The notes: a model not told the origin generated them from the sequence alone. 64,000 bases of DNA from Lama glama (GCA_028534125.1 CM052817.1:17920001-17984000), one strand, 5' to 3'. Counted from the first letter of the stretch, positions 1-12,465 are shown. Numbers and translations are program-made.

Positions 1-1135
1 GCTCCAGAAAGACACTTATCCCATGTATTTCAAAAATAGAGAATGCTGACTGGTGTGACTCCTTTAGAGTAAATCCAATTCTGGAAGAGGAGAGGAGACT
101 AAGCGATTCTTTCCCAGGCTTTCTGAGCTCACTGGAAATGTTCTCAGATGATGTGGTTGTCTTTAAGAGGCTGACTTTTCCATTCAGCAATTTTTTGTTT
201 TGCTTGGCCTAACAAGAAAGGAAGATGCTTAACTGAGTGATAGAGCCAGTGACATCTGAACTGGTTGTTTGTTTTCTGTTTCTCTCATTAAGTATTTCCA
301 ATTTATGCTGAAAATTCAGAAGCTCATCTTAAAGACCAAAGGTTACAATCAAGATTAATATCAAAGAAGTCCTTAAAAAACTGAAATACCAAGATCCTGG
401 TCCTTGGAGGAGCTGTTCTTTCTTTCTGAGAAAAACCTGACGACTCGTGCTGGTTGTAGAAATTTGTAATCTGCTATAAAAGTTGAGCATTTATGATTCA
501 AAGATTTCCTTGGCTGCATTTTCACTGAATCGTCTGGAGGAAAATTGGGGAAAAAAAACAACAGCCAATTGTCTGGGTATTTTAGCTACCTAATGACAAA
601 CATATGGCAGTTCTGCAAGTATCATATGACTACCTGAATTTATTTTATCATCCAGATTTACAGTCATGGACACAGTTGCATTCAAGCCTGCATTACCATC
701 AAGGAACAATTTGTTTCTACCTGGAATATAATTGGAAATTTTAGGCACAGATTTCAATGATTACTAGCTTAATGAATGAACATTGCTTAGTTGAATATGA
801 AACAGTACAACTGATATACTCAAAAATGAGTTGGAAAAATATCTCATAAGAGATAGAATGGAGGCAATGCAGCTGCAGTGTATAATCAGAAGCCAGCATC
901 CTGTTGACATAATGAGGTATATTTTAAACATGAATTTTCGCTAAGACAATCATTTTAAGTTTCAATATAATGGCAGGTCTCTGGAAGGCTAAGCCCTGAG
1001 TTCTACTGATAACTAACAGGAAGGAACATCCACACATAACTTTCAGTTTCAAGCATTCACACTCACCTTCCGAGAGTTCAACCAAGAAATTCCTGATGTC
1101 CAGGAAATAGTGGAGAAAAAACACATGAAACAGAC

Positions 1136-1198
1136 TTCTGGTGGTTAAGCCATCCAGTCTGTGGCATTTTATTATGGCAGCCTTGGCCGACTAATACT
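1136..1198 (+). mobile_element. MaLR (MLT1-type) LTR 3' end fragment
   Basis: ttaagccatccagtctgtggcattttattatggcagcc...ctaata resembles the typical MaLR LTR terminus. Confidence 0.65.
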
Positions 1199-1204
1199 GT
1201 CCTC

Positions 1205-1765
1205 TGTGGTGAAGATGGTAGCTTGGCACTCAGCAAGCCTTCCAGCCTCCCTCCAATGTGTCTTCCTGTAGTGTAGAGTCAGAGAGCTCAAAGTCTTCTC
1301 TTTCAGTCTTGAACGCAAATTAGCTTCCCCAGTTAGATGCCCTTATGGGAGATTTGGAATGTGGAAGTGAGGCAGGGGCTGTCTTCGGGCTGCTGTGGGT
1401 GTTGCTGGGACGATCACGGTCATGAAGATGCTGAGTTGTTCTGCAACAGCATTCTAGTATCCAGATCCCAGCTTTGAGGGCATTGAAAGACAGATGTCGT
1501 CGTGGTGGAAGTCGCCTCTTGATTGCTAGACGGCCGCCCAGGCAGTGTATCTGCAAACTCCCCAGTTCCTAAAGGTGATCTGATTCTCCCTCGCTGACTG
1601 TGCCAGGGGTAGCAGCCACCTTGTGAGTCACCTTGACAGCGTTGTTTCTGGAACCCTGGTCTAGATCTTGCTCTTCAAGTCTTTCCTATTCCATAAGTAT
1701 TTTAATGGTTTATATAAAATCTCCTTCTGCTTAAGAAAGCTAGAAGGTTTAACAACTGAACCCAC
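1205..1765 (+). mobile_element. ERVL-type LTR (LTR33/LTR16-like)
   Basis: 3' end ...aaatctccttctgcttaagaaagctaga...caactgaaccc resembles the LTR33-class terminus; boundaries approximate. Confidence 0.5.
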
Positions 1766-2004
1766 ATTGTTGCATTCTCCTCTGTGTCTTTGGCCTTGAG
1801 CACGATGCCTGGCATGTGTAGACAATGAACAAATGTTAATTGCTGTTGTCTAAATGAGTGGTTCTAAATCTGCTAATGAAGAACACAAAGGCCCAGGCTC
1901 ATTGAGGTAGAACAGGGCCCTAGTCCTTGTAGTTTTACCAAGTTACGTAGGAGATTCTAATACTCACCAGAGTTTGAGGAACTCTGGTTTAACCATTCTC
2001 TGAA

Positions 2005-2230
2005 GCCTACCAGGAATCAGGGCATGCTTCTAAGCACTGGATATTTAGTGACTTGTTGACTTTATAAAGTCAAAAGTAGTATTATCTCCATTTTACAGAT
2101 GTGAAAACTGAGGTATAAAGAGCCTTAGTAAAGTACCCAAAATCACATTGCAAGTAAGTGGTAGATCTTAGCATCTGACCCTAAGCACCCAGGAGCTTAG
2201 ACCATGAGCCCCAAGTTCATGACCACTAGA
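2005..2230 (-). mobile_element. MIR SINE
   Basis: attatctccattttacagatgtgaaaactgagg is the reverse complement of the MIR core. Confidence 0.75.
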
Positions 2231-3014
2231 GTCTTCTGCTTGGATGATCTCTCTTTGTAGACCCTAAAGATGAATCTCATATAAACTTAAATCAGATTTT
2301 TTCAAGTAATGTTTTAAAACTTAAATACATCTCAGTCTCTCTGACCAGGTCCTTCAATTACTAAAGAAAAATATTGGGCTAACAAAAACTTTTCTAACCA
2401 AACGATAGTCTCTTGGATAAATGCCAGCCTACTTCCAAGTCTAATGAGGCCGATTTAAATCAAAGAATAGCTTGAAGGAATAATTTCTCTTAAATGAAAC
2501 TAATAATTCCCTGAATTTTATTGTTATCTTTGAAGTGAAGAATGACAAAACTGACCTTTAGGTCCACCCATTTATTAGAGAAAACCTCTTACATTTGCAA
2601 GAAGAATAGATCGATATAGTATTATTTAGCTGTGGAGTCCCCCACCCTTTCCCCCTTACTAACAATATTCCTTACAGTCTTAAGATTGCATCTCTATGAT
2701 TTAATAAAATCCTATTACTTTTCTAATGCCTAGAAGTTAATAATGTAGAAGATATTAGATGATGTCCAGAGGAACTTCCTATAGAGATGCACAGAAATGC
2801 ACAATGAGAAGAAGATATTCTCCCCTCATGTGCTTTGTAATCTCTTTAGTCAATAGAAGTTCTCACATTTAAATTTTATCATTATTAAAAGGGAGGATTT
2901 CTGAAAACTTTTGGAATTTTCATTCCTGTCACTAGTTGGGCTTGCAAAATGAAAGTGGGTCCTGAACATTTTTGAGGCAAAAATTACCTTCATTTGTCCC
3001 AGAGAGGAGATGTG

Positions 3015-3170
3015 GGATTAAACAAGCTGGTTCAGATCCCAGCTCTGTTATTACGCACTGTATTGTGACTTTTGACAAGTTACCTAACTTTCAAGTCTTA
3101 GTTTCTATAAAACTTAGGGAAAATAACTTAGATCTTATGTGGCATTACAAGGGTTAAATGAGATAATATT
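3015..3170 (+). mobile_element. MIR SINE
   Basis: ggttcagatcccagctctg...tgtgactttgacaagttacctaac...ggttaaatgagataat. Confidence 0.7.
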
Positions 3171-3721
3171 AATTTCTTTCCCTCCAGGTTGAATCTCTGC
3201 AGCTCTGAAGGGAAAGAAAGGAAGGAAGGAGGGAGGGAGGGAGGGAAATAAAAAAAAATAATGACAACAAACCACACATACCAAAATGCAAATTCTGGAA
3301 TCATGAGAATGCCTGAGATAAACTGTCAGAAAACTTGGGTGTAAACTTGGAATTCGGCCTCCATCTTCTTGTGTGACTTGAAATAATTCTTAGTTTTACT
3401 CTTGGAAAGAGCAAATTTCACTCCTGTCAAAAGATGAAATTTTTGGCTTCCCAGGTTTGTTCTAATTCTGACAATTTATGGTGCAGGAATATAAAATGTA
3501 ATTCTTAAAATTTATTTAAAGATGTGCACTTTTCCTCATATCCCAAAAACCTTAAAATGTGTTTTTTAACCATCTCCATTTCTTGGCCCTTTTCTGTGTT
3601 TTGTGGAGTGAAGTTGTTTCAGCAAATGAGTCAGTTGAGATGGAAACATTTATTTATCTGATATAATGTATGGACGATATTCTTTTAAAGTGTTTCCAGT
3701 ATGTTTTGATATTAAGCAACA

Positions 3722-3722
<1 letters not shown>

Positions 3723-3760
<38 letters not shown>
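3723..3760. repeat. (CA)n microsatellite
   Basis: Direct observation. Confidence 0.95.
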
Positions 3761-4233
3761 TATGGACTGATGAAAATGCTAGTGGTGAATCACAGCCACC
3801 TATCCTTTCCCTTTAGGGATCCCAGTTTGATTTTGACACCTTCTCTTCTTCTTAACAAAAGTGCTATTTGACATACATTTCATGTTTAGTTCTATGAATT
3901 AAACTTTGTTTTGGGAATCTGGAAAGAGAATCTCACAATTTATTTGGGACCCAGCACAATGGACCACTGGACCCAGACCCAAGGGTCACCCTGGAAGGGG
4001 CTGTGGACCCAGCTCAAGGGGTCAGTCCCCAAAAGTGGAGTCCAGTTCAGTACGGGCAAACCCAGAACAGAAGAATAATACAGCAGGGTAAAGGGCCAGA
4101 ATCCCATAAAGCAGAAGATCAGAATGGAAATTCTGTAAAGAATGTCAGGATGTTAGGGAGACAAAGAGGAGTCAAGATAGAATGGGACTTTGTGGAGGGA
4201 GGGAGGTATGACCACGGCTCTTAAAGAGCCTCT

Positions 4234-4668
4234 TGTGTTAGTTAATTTTACATGTCGACCTGGCTAGGCATGGTGCCCATTTGGTCAAGCACTAAACTAG
4301 AGGTTGCTGTAAAGGTCCTTGATAGACATGGTTAGCACCTACAATCTGTTGACTTTATGTAAATTCATAATGGGGGTGGGCCTCATGGAATCAATTATAG
4401 ACTTGAGGTTTCCTGGAGGAGAAAGAATTCTGCCTCACGACTGTAACCTAGAAATTCTGCTTGAGTTTCCAGCCTGTTGCCCTATGGATTTTGGACTCAA
4501 GATTACATCAACTCTTAACCTGAATTTCCAGCCTGCTGACCTGCTCTACAGATTTCAGACTTTCCAGTCCCCACAGTCATGCGAGTCAATTTCTTAAAAT
4601 CTATCTCTGTCTATATCTACATCTGTATCTACTGATTCTTTTCCTCTGGAGGATCCTGACTGATAATA
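4234..4668 (+). mobile_element. MLT2 (ERVL) solo LTR
   Basis: Starts tgtgttagttaattttacatgtcgacctggct and ends ttcctctggaggatcctgactgataata. Flanked by cctct/tctct (4 of 5 match, possible TSD). Confidence 0.8.
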
Positions 4669-4849
4669 TCTCTGTTTGTGATTTGTCTTCTCTAATGCAA
4701 GGGTGTAAAGTTTGGAAGACTCTCTTGGGCTGGAAATTTGAGTTTAAAGCTGCGAGACTCCAGCCAAGCAGCCCTGCCTACAGAAAATGAGAAGTGGTCT
4801 TTTTCCCCTTTGACCAGCTGTGCCTGCTACCTTCTGGGCAATTTATTTG

Positions 4850-5025
4850 GTGTTCCACTCAGATTGGGTTCCCCCCACAGCAGACACTGAAATAAGAATT
4901 TGAGTGTAAATAGTGTGTTGAGGTGATCCCAGCAAAAACAGATAGGGAGTGGGGAAGCAGACAGGGAAGTGAATGTTAGTAAGTGGAGTACAGCTGTGGG
5001 CTAAGGTTCAATGCCACTGACACTG
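4850..5025 (-). mobile_element. ERVL LTR16-like fragment
   Basis: gggttccccccacagcagacactgaaataagaatttgagtgtaaatag...ggtgatcccag resembles a reversed LTR16-class end. Confidence 0.5.
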
Positions 5026-5165
5026 GGGCCCTCTATGCCCTGGGGACATACAGCTCTGTGCCAGGGAATGTGCTGAATATCAAGGGAAAAAAACGTGCCT
5101 CAGTTTTCTAGATGTTGCATTATTTAAAGTATTTTTATATTAAAATCAACACAGGCATATTTTGG

Positions 5166-5325
5166 CGGGGAGGGTACAGCTCAGTGGTAGAGTGTGTGCT
5201 TAGCATGCAAAAAGTCCCAGGTTCAATCTCTAGTACCTCTATTAAAAAAAATTAGATAAACCTAATTAACTTACACTCCCCCTCCAAGGCTTAAAAATAA
5301 ATAAAATTTAAAATAAAATAAAATA
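5166..5325 (+). mobile_element. Camelid tRNA-derived SINE (Vic-1 type)
   Basis: A-box tacagctcagtgg, B-box ggttcaatc, A-rich tail. Perfect 18-nt TSD aacacaggcatattttgg at 5148-5165 and 5326-5343. Confidence 0.9.
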
Positions 5326-6016
5326 AACACAGGCATATTTTGGAAGAGTTACATGGTCTTGTGCATATTTGAGATAAAGCATGAGAACTCAAAGATACTT
5401 TGAGCTAGTCGAGAACCACTATTTTAGTGTAGTTTTTGTCAAGTTCCCTCTATCAAACATGTAATTCAATTTCCCACTTGAAAGTTTCTCCTTGCTGTGA
5501 CACCCACTTTATTCCAGGCTTCATAGCTTTGGTCCTTCCACTGCATAGAGCTTGTCTCACTCGGGCTTAAGTCCCGGTAACAGCCCTGTCGGCCCCTTCC
5601 CCGGGCCCCCTCCTGTTCACAACCTGTCGTGGGATGCTGCTTATGCGCCAGCAGGCCTTACTCTGCCTCTCACTAGCTCTACTCTCAGATGACCGGGCCT
5701 CTGACATATGGCTTTTGATATTCTTTCTAGGTTTATAACTTGATCCTAATTCCCCATCTGCATCCACAGGGACAATGTTCATAGTAGACAGAGATAGGAC
5801 CCACTGCAATCTTCAATTTGATCTCAAGGACTTAATATTGTGGCTGTCTTATTCTGATATATATGATTGCCTTGTACATGTCACTATGCCTTCAAGAACC
5901 CTGGAGCAACACCACCAAAAAAAGATGATAAACAGTATATAAGTTCCCAGGAGGCAAACGTGGAAAGGCCCTATAAAACGGAAAAGAATAGTGCAAAAGG
6001 AAATATCCTGGAATGG

Positions 6017-6018
<2 letters not shown>

Positions 6019-6055
<37 letters not shown>

Positions 6056-6066
6056 TGTGTGTGTGT
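6019..6066. repeat. (GT)n microsatellite
   Basis: Direct observation. Confidence 0.95.
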
Positions 6067-6502
6067 TGCAGTTTGGAGGAGAGGTGAGAAAGTAGAGTTG
6101 TATTCATAGAAATGAGGAGAAAATGAGTGTAGAGCCTACTCTGCTGTGTTACCTGAAAGCTAGAGGAAGGGCCTGAAGAAACCAGGGCATCACTTTGCAG
6201 CAGTTAATCTCTTTCTTACCGAGCAGGACAGATCGTACTGAAGAACAGATTCCTTCTAATGTTCACTTTGGCTTGTACAACCAGAGAATAACCGAGAATT
6301 CCAACAGAGAGGTTTTCAGATACAGAGAGCCCTTCCCCGCAAGGTATTTATGCACAAGCTGCTTTCTTCACACATCACCAATTGTCTTCTTTTTTCTTTT
6401 ACAATAACATTTGCAAATGTTTTTCTCTTGGCACATAATCTTTTACTTATAGACCTTATTTTGCAAATCTTACTTCTTTCTAGCTTTTAAAACATCACCA
6501 TG

Positions 6503-6850
6503 TAAATGCTGGACAGGGTGTGGAGGAAAGGGAACCCTCCTATACTGCTGGTGGGAATGCAGTTTGGTGCAGCCATTGTGGAAAACAGTATGGAGATTCC
6601 TCAAAAGATTAAAAATAGACTAACCATATGATCCAGCAATCCCACTCCTGGGCATGTATCCAGAAGGAATCCTAATTCAGAAAGACACCTGCAGCCCAAT
6701 GTTCATAGCAGCACTATTTACAATAGCCAATACATGGAAACAGCCTAAATGTCCACTGACAGATGACTGGATAAAGCAGTTGTGGTATATGTATACAATG
6801 GAATACTATTCAGCCATAAAAATGACAACAGAATGCCATTTGCAGCAACA
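6503..6850 (+). mobile_element. L1 ORF2 C-terminal fragment, duplicate of 7498-7845, cut by gap
   Basis: ORF 6654 encodes MFIAALFTIANTWKQPKCP...WYMYTMEYYSAIK, the L1 ORF2 C-terminus. Confidence 0.9.
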
Positions 6851-7350
6851 NNNNNNNNNNNNNNNNNNNNNNNNNNNNNNNNNNNNNNNNNNNNNNNNNN
6901 NNNNNNNNNNNNNNNNNNNNNNNNNNNNNNNNNNNNNNNNNNNNNNNNNNNNNNNNNNNNNNNNNNNNNNNNNNNNNNNNNNNNNNNNNNNNNNNNNNNN
7001 NNNNNNNNNNNNNNNNNNNNNNNNNNNNNNNNNNNNNNNNNNNNNNNNNNNNNNNNNNNNNNNNNNNNNNNNNNNNNNNNNNNNNNNNNNNNNNNNNNNN
7101 NNNNNNNNNNNNNNNNNNNNNNNNNNNNNNNNNNNNNNNNNNNNNNNNNNNNNNNNNNNNNNNNNNNNNNNNNNNNNNNNNNNNNNNNNNNNNNNNNNNN
7201 NNNNNNNNNNNNNNNNNNNNNNNNNNNNNNNNNNNNNNNNNNNNNNNNNNNNNNNNNNNNNNNNNNNNNNNNNNNNNNNNNNNNNNNNNNNNNNNNNNNN
7301 NNNNNNNNNNNNNNNNNNNNNNNNNNNNNNNNNNNNNNNNNNNNNNNNNN
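6851..7350. other. Assembly gap (500 N)
   Basis: N run. Confidence 1.
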
Positions 7351-7497
7351 AAGCTGCTTTCTTCACACATCACCAATTGTCTTCTTTTTTCTTTTACAAT
7401 AACATTTGCAAATGTTTTTCTCTTGGCACATAATCTTTTACTTATAGACCTTATTTTGCAAATCTTACTTGTTTCTAGCTTTTAAAACATCACCATG

Positions 7498-8258
7498 TAA
7501 ATGCTGGACAGGGTGTGGAGGAAAGGGAACCCTCCTACGCTGCTGGTGGGAATGCAGTTTGGTGCAGCCATTGTGGAAAACAGTATGGAGAGTCCTCAAA
7601 AGATTAAAAATAGACTAACCATATGATCCAGCAATCCCACTCCTGGGCATGTATCCAGAAGGAATCCTAATTCAGAAAGACACCTGCAGCCCAATGTTCA
7701 TAGCAGCACTATTTACAATAGCCAAGACATGGAAACAGCCTAAATGTCCACTGACAGATGACTGGATAAAGCAGTTGTGGTATATGTATACAATGAAATA
7801 CTATTCAGCCATAAAAATGACAACAGAATGCCATTTGCAGCAACATGGATGTCCCTGGAGAATGTCATTCTAAGTAAAGTAAGCCAGAAAGAGAAAGAAA
7901 AATATCATATGATATCACTCGTATGTGGAATCTAAAAAAAAAAAAACAAGTTAATTTAAATATAAAACAGAAACAGACTCATAGACATCAAATACAAACT
8001 TGTGGTTGCTAGAGGGGAGGCAGGTGGGAAGGAAAAGACTGGGAGTTCAAGATTGGTAGATACTGACAGGTATATATAGAATAGATAAACAAGTTTATAC
8101 TGTATAGCACAGGGAAATATATTCAAGATCTTGTAGTAGCTTACAGTTAAAAAGAATATGAAAATGAATATATATATATTCATGTATGATTGAAAAATGG
8201 TGCTGTATACCAGAAATTGACACAACATTGTAAACTAACTATAATTCAATTAAAAAAA
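7498..8258 (+). mobile_element. 5'-truncated young L1 (ORF2 end + 3' UTR + A tail)
   Basis: ORF2 C-terminal peptide, G-rich 3' UTR tract near 8010-8045, A tail, TSD core tcaccatg on both sides. Confidence 0.92.
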
Positions 8259-8519
8259 TTCACCATGATATGGATAAATTGCTGCATTGATAAGTACTGT
8301 AATTTAGATTCTGGATCTTGAACTGCACACAATCAACTCTGTGTGAATGGTATGTGATCTGAATATTGCCTAACTCTAAGGACTTTAATTTATTTGTAGT
8401 CTGATGGCCCAAATATCAGTCAGGGAAGTTCCTTTACAAGTGCTCATATCCTACTACAATTTTATACTGAAGTCATTTTGGACACTATAGCAGCATCAAC
8501 AAGCAATTCTTCTCTTTCA

Positions 8520-8920
8520 TCTTTCTCCCAGGATTGAGAATAAAAGACTAGATTATTTCTTGCCAGACTCTCTTGTAGCTAGAGGTGGTTATACGACACA
8601 GCTTCAGGCAATACAATGCATGGGGAATTCTTCTTGAAAAAAAAACAAAAGTTTTTTTCTGAATAAAGAGAGACATACACAGCCATTGAGAACTCATATC
8701 CCCGCTTCCTGCCAGTTTGGAACTGCAGCAGCCATCTGAGACGGAAGCCATGAGGTGCGCAGTGAAAGTGAGCTTGCAGATGGCAAAATGGGAAGGAAGA
8801 GAAGACCTCAGATTCTTGATGATGATGTTCAGGCCCTGAACCAAGCTCGGGACAGTCTTCCAGACTTGTTGTTAATCATAAATATCCTATAATTTAAACC
8901 ACTGTTACTTGGCTTTTCTC
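8520..8920 (+). mobile_element. Old MaLR LTR (MLT1J/K-like)
   Basis: ggaactgcagcagccatc, gatggcaaaatgggaagg...cttgatgat and tttaaaccactgtt motifs. Confidence 0.6.
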
Positions 8921-10555
8921 TTGAGAGTTTTATTATTTGTAAGGAGTCAACACGGTCCATGAGATTGTGTACAGTGCTAGTAGCCCAGTCCTCCCCATTC
9001 ATACACAATCACCTGGCACCAGAGGAAGGAAAGATGGGAATGGAAGACAGCATGTCTGATACTTAGCCTGGACTCACACATGAGGTATGGCCACCTTGTA
9101 AAGAGAGGTGGCAAGCAGAATCAAAGGGGCGTTTTTCATGAGGGCTTCAGCGAGCCTTGGGGTTTAAGCACCTCTGGTGTTTTGCAGCTTTGGGAGCAAC
9201 AATAAGCAACACCCTGGACAGTGGCTTGGGTGCATCAAGTATCACAGAAGTAGGCAGAGCAGATCAGCAGTAGAATTTTTCCTAAGCACACATGTTTCAT
9301 TTCCTAATGACTCTCAGGAGTAACAGGAAAAGACTCTGGAAAGGAGCGTGAGGTCTTGTGCTAGCAAGTGGGGCTTACTGTCCAGTGACAGGTAGTTGAT
9401 ATCACAATGAGTTCATTTGTTCCCAAAGACAACGAGGCCTGTGACATTTGTGATATACACAACACACATAATTATTTAAGTAAATTTCTGGCAACATACA
9501 ATTTAAGCTATTCTGCAGACACAGCATGCTAAAAGCAGTATCTCTGTCTGTAACAACAGCTGAAAATCCTTTCATTGTAGATTTTAGAGTTTATGCAAGC
9601 CACGCTTATAGGAATTAAGGTAGGCTGAGTTCTGGTATACCCTGAAGAATGCCTTGTTTTTGTGTTAGGTTGGCAGGGCGTTTTTGATGTGGTGCACATC
9701 CCTGCCCCTGTGAGGCCACTGGTCAGTTATTTTCAAATGCATCCCCTCACCCACAGTGAAACCTGATACTACATTGTATGTAAAACAGATGAAGGCAGAG
9801 CAGGTCTGAGAAAGTCAAGACTGGACACACATGTACCTCTGCTCTGAATTTAAGACCATTTTTGAGGAGACTTCTCTCTACGTCTATTTTGCTTTTGTCT
9901 CTGTTTATACATTTTTAACTACTCAGATGATTTGGACCTCCTTTGCTATTCATCTGTTAGGCTGGGTCATGTTTCATTCTAAAATGTCAGAAGGAGAATG
10001 TTTTCCCAATCCCCACCCACACTGGGGAGAGTAAGGATTCCCAAGGCAAAGTTCTTCCTTGTGGGATGGATATGGAAATCTGCACATTTGGTGTCTTACG
10101 AGACAATGACTTTAAAGTGATAACATTTCCAGATACTCAGGTGGGAGACGATAGGTGTCTGACTACCCTCACAGCTCTTTGTGTACTGGCCTCACCATCC
10201 CTTTGAGACTGAAAATTCCTTGAGAGAAGGGACCATTTTTTACTCATATCTGCATTCCCCTTGCCATTCCTAGCACAGAGTATCTGTTCTGAAAAGTTTT
10301 GCTAAACTGAATTGAAAAGAGAACAGAGAGCATTCTAGAATTGAGTTATGCTGTAACACACCTGCTTCTATGGATGTGAAAAATAGTTTTTTTAATGTTA
10401 GGATTAAATTTATTTTTGCTTGGACATGCCTTCAGAATCAAATACAAACTTCTTAATTGCTGATTAAGAAGCAATTTGTAGTTTTGCTACAAATTTTTCT
10501 CTCCTTAAAAAAAAAAATTTCCTAAGTCTCTATCTGTACAAAGAATTGTGCTGGG

Positions 10556-10725
10556 GTGGGGCAGGGTATATATAGCCCAGCAGAGTGAGTCCCTAGCATG
10601 CAGGAGGCCCTGGGTTCAATCCCCAGTACCACTATTAAATGAATGAATGAATGAATGAAGAAATAAACAAACAAACCTGATCACCCCCCCCCAAAAAAGA
10701 AATTTCAAGCAAGTAGTTTAAAAAA
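10556..10725 (+). mobile_element. Camelid tRNA-derived SINE (Vic-1 type)
   Basis: ctagcatgcaggaggccctgggttcaatccccagtacc; (GAAT)n tail; imperfect TSD agaattgtgctggg / agaactgtgctggg. Confidence 0.85.
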
Positions 10726-11419
10726 AGAGAACTGTGCTGGGCACTTTCACATATTTTACTACATTTATTTGGGTACTTTCTATTCCCTTGTCAATTGATC
10801 TGGACATTATTTTTACTGAATTATCTCAATTTTAATGTTTAATTTATTAATATTTACTGCTATTTTAATAACAGATACATTTGTTCCTCATAATATCCCC
10901 TCAGGTGGGTATTTAATACTCTTGCTACAGATGAGAAAGCTGAAAATCTGATGAAGGAAGGGACTCATGCAACTCCAAGGGAATTGCAGGAAGGCAGCAG
11001 GAAGCAGGAAGGGAGCTAAACTCTAGGCACCATGCCTTTTCTTCTGCTCTGGAGTTTCATTGCTTTCTCCTCTATGCTTTATGGCCCTTCTCAAACTTAG
11101 CATCCTTATTTTTTAGTTATTAATCACTTCACCCCTCTCAATCTCAAAAGAACTGTCTCCATAGTTTTCTTCTTTGGTTCAAAGTGAGGTGTGGGCTGGA
11201 GATTCATGGCTGGGTGGGATGCTGGGGAGATTGTAAAGAGTTGAGGAGATGTACTCAACTACAAGTTTGAGAAATTCTGAGTTGTGGGAGGATGTTTTGT
11301 AGAGTCTATCATTAATTGCCTTAAGTACTTTGGCTCTTTTTCCCTACCTGCCTCTTTCCAAAGATGTTTTTAATAGACAAACCTGGCCAAATGGATCATT
11401 TGGAATTTGTATTTACCAT

Positions 11420-11823
11420 CACAATATTCTGAGCAGTAGTATTGTGAAGGCCAGGTATTGTGCATAGATGCCAGCGGTCCAGTTCCTTTGAATTTCTGTT
11501 GTTTACTTGTTCTAGTCCTTTGCTATTCAGAGTGTAGTCTGCAGTGTCTGAGGGCTTGGCAGCAGGCAGCCGGTTGGTCTTCATCCTGATCTCCCCCTGG
11601 GATCACTGTCAGGGGGAGCTGTAGTGGCTTGATGGCTGCAACATCTTTTGTTTACTGATCTGTCAGGTAACAGCTTTTTGCGGGGGTGGGGGTGAGGAGG
11701 TAGAATTAGGTTTATTTATTTGTATTTTTAGAGGAAGTGCTGGGGATTGAATCTAGGACCTTTTCATTGTTAGGCATGTGTCCCACTTGAGCTATACCCT
11801 CCCCCCAACAGTTTTCATTCACA
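11420..11823 (-). mobile_element. ERV1-class LTR fragment (MER41-like cetartiodactyl family), interrupted by a SINE
   Basis: With the SINE removed, the minus strand reads TGTGAATGAAAACTGTT-ACCTGACAGATCAGTAAACAAAAGATGTTGCAGCCATCAAGCC, resembling recalled MER41_BT-like LTR starts. Left boundary uncertain. Confidence 0.55.
11679..11806 (-). mobile_element. Camelid tRNA-derived SINE (Vic-1 type)
   Basis: Reverse complement reads ggggggagggtatagctcaagtgg...ggtcctagattcaatccccagcac. Flanks aacagctttt / aacagttttc. Confidence 0.85.
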
Positions 11824-12222
11824 TTGTGAATTAGGTATTATTTTACAGAAGCAGAAACGTAAATTCTAAAATTTAAGCAAGTTAACACAGCTAGTGTCAG
11901 AACCTTATAATTTTAAAAGTAATTTGCCACGTCACTGTGTGCACTGCCCTGTTTTTGCATAAATTGGAAGGTGGGAGAGGAATGATCCTTATAAACACAT
12001 AAATACACAACTTTCTGATTTCCCATGGTTCATCAGAGGCCCTGTGGCTCTGGAGGAAAGAGCTCCTCTTCCTGCCTTTCAACCATAGACTAAACTGGAA
12101 CAATGGAATGAAAAGCTATTCCCCTCCCCCAATCCCGCAGGTCGTCTTCCGCCAGCGGAACGCAGGTGCTGAGACCTTCAGGCGCGGGGGGGACCGGAGA
12201 GGAACGGACACACGGCTCGGCA

Positions 12223-12235
12223 GTTGCCTGGTAAC
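12223..12235. promoter_or_regulatory. RFX X-box motif GTTGCCTGGTAAC
   Basis: Matches GTNRCC-N(0-3)-RGYAAC consensus, about 130 nt upstream of the ATG. Confidence 0.7.
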
Positions 12236-12366
12236 GCTCGCTGGAGGAGTCCCAGCCTAATAAGGTCCCCGAGAAGTGTCACTGGCCCTGAGTGGGACCC
12301 CGGCGTGGCCGGTTCTCTCCGCGCTAGCGGCCTGCCCCCGCTGCTTGGCGGGCTAGGACAGGGGAA

Positions 12367-12465
12367 ATGTTGCAGGAGGAGTCGGATCTGTCTCTCATTA
12401 TTGCTCAGATTGTCCAAAAGCTCAAGGGCTCCAATTTGTACGCTCAGTTGGAACGGCAGGCCTGG
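12367..12465 (+). CDS. TBC1D19: TBC1D19 coding exon 1 (MLQEESDLSLIIAQIVQKLKGSNLYAQLERQAW)
   Basis: ATG at 12367 with purine at -3, inside CpG-rich region. 33 codons match the recalled mammalian TBC1D19 N-terminus. Donor TGG|GTAAGT, phase 0. Confidence 0.96.

Noticed and set aside
373..561. Minus-strand ORF with a good acceptor (AG at 535-534)
   Set aside because: No recognisable protein, weak donor and no supporting neighbouring exons. At most a lncRNA exon; unsupported.
6654..7433. Long ORFs spanning N runs (also near 18704-18946 and 32840-33667)
   Set aside because: Artefacts of translating gaps.
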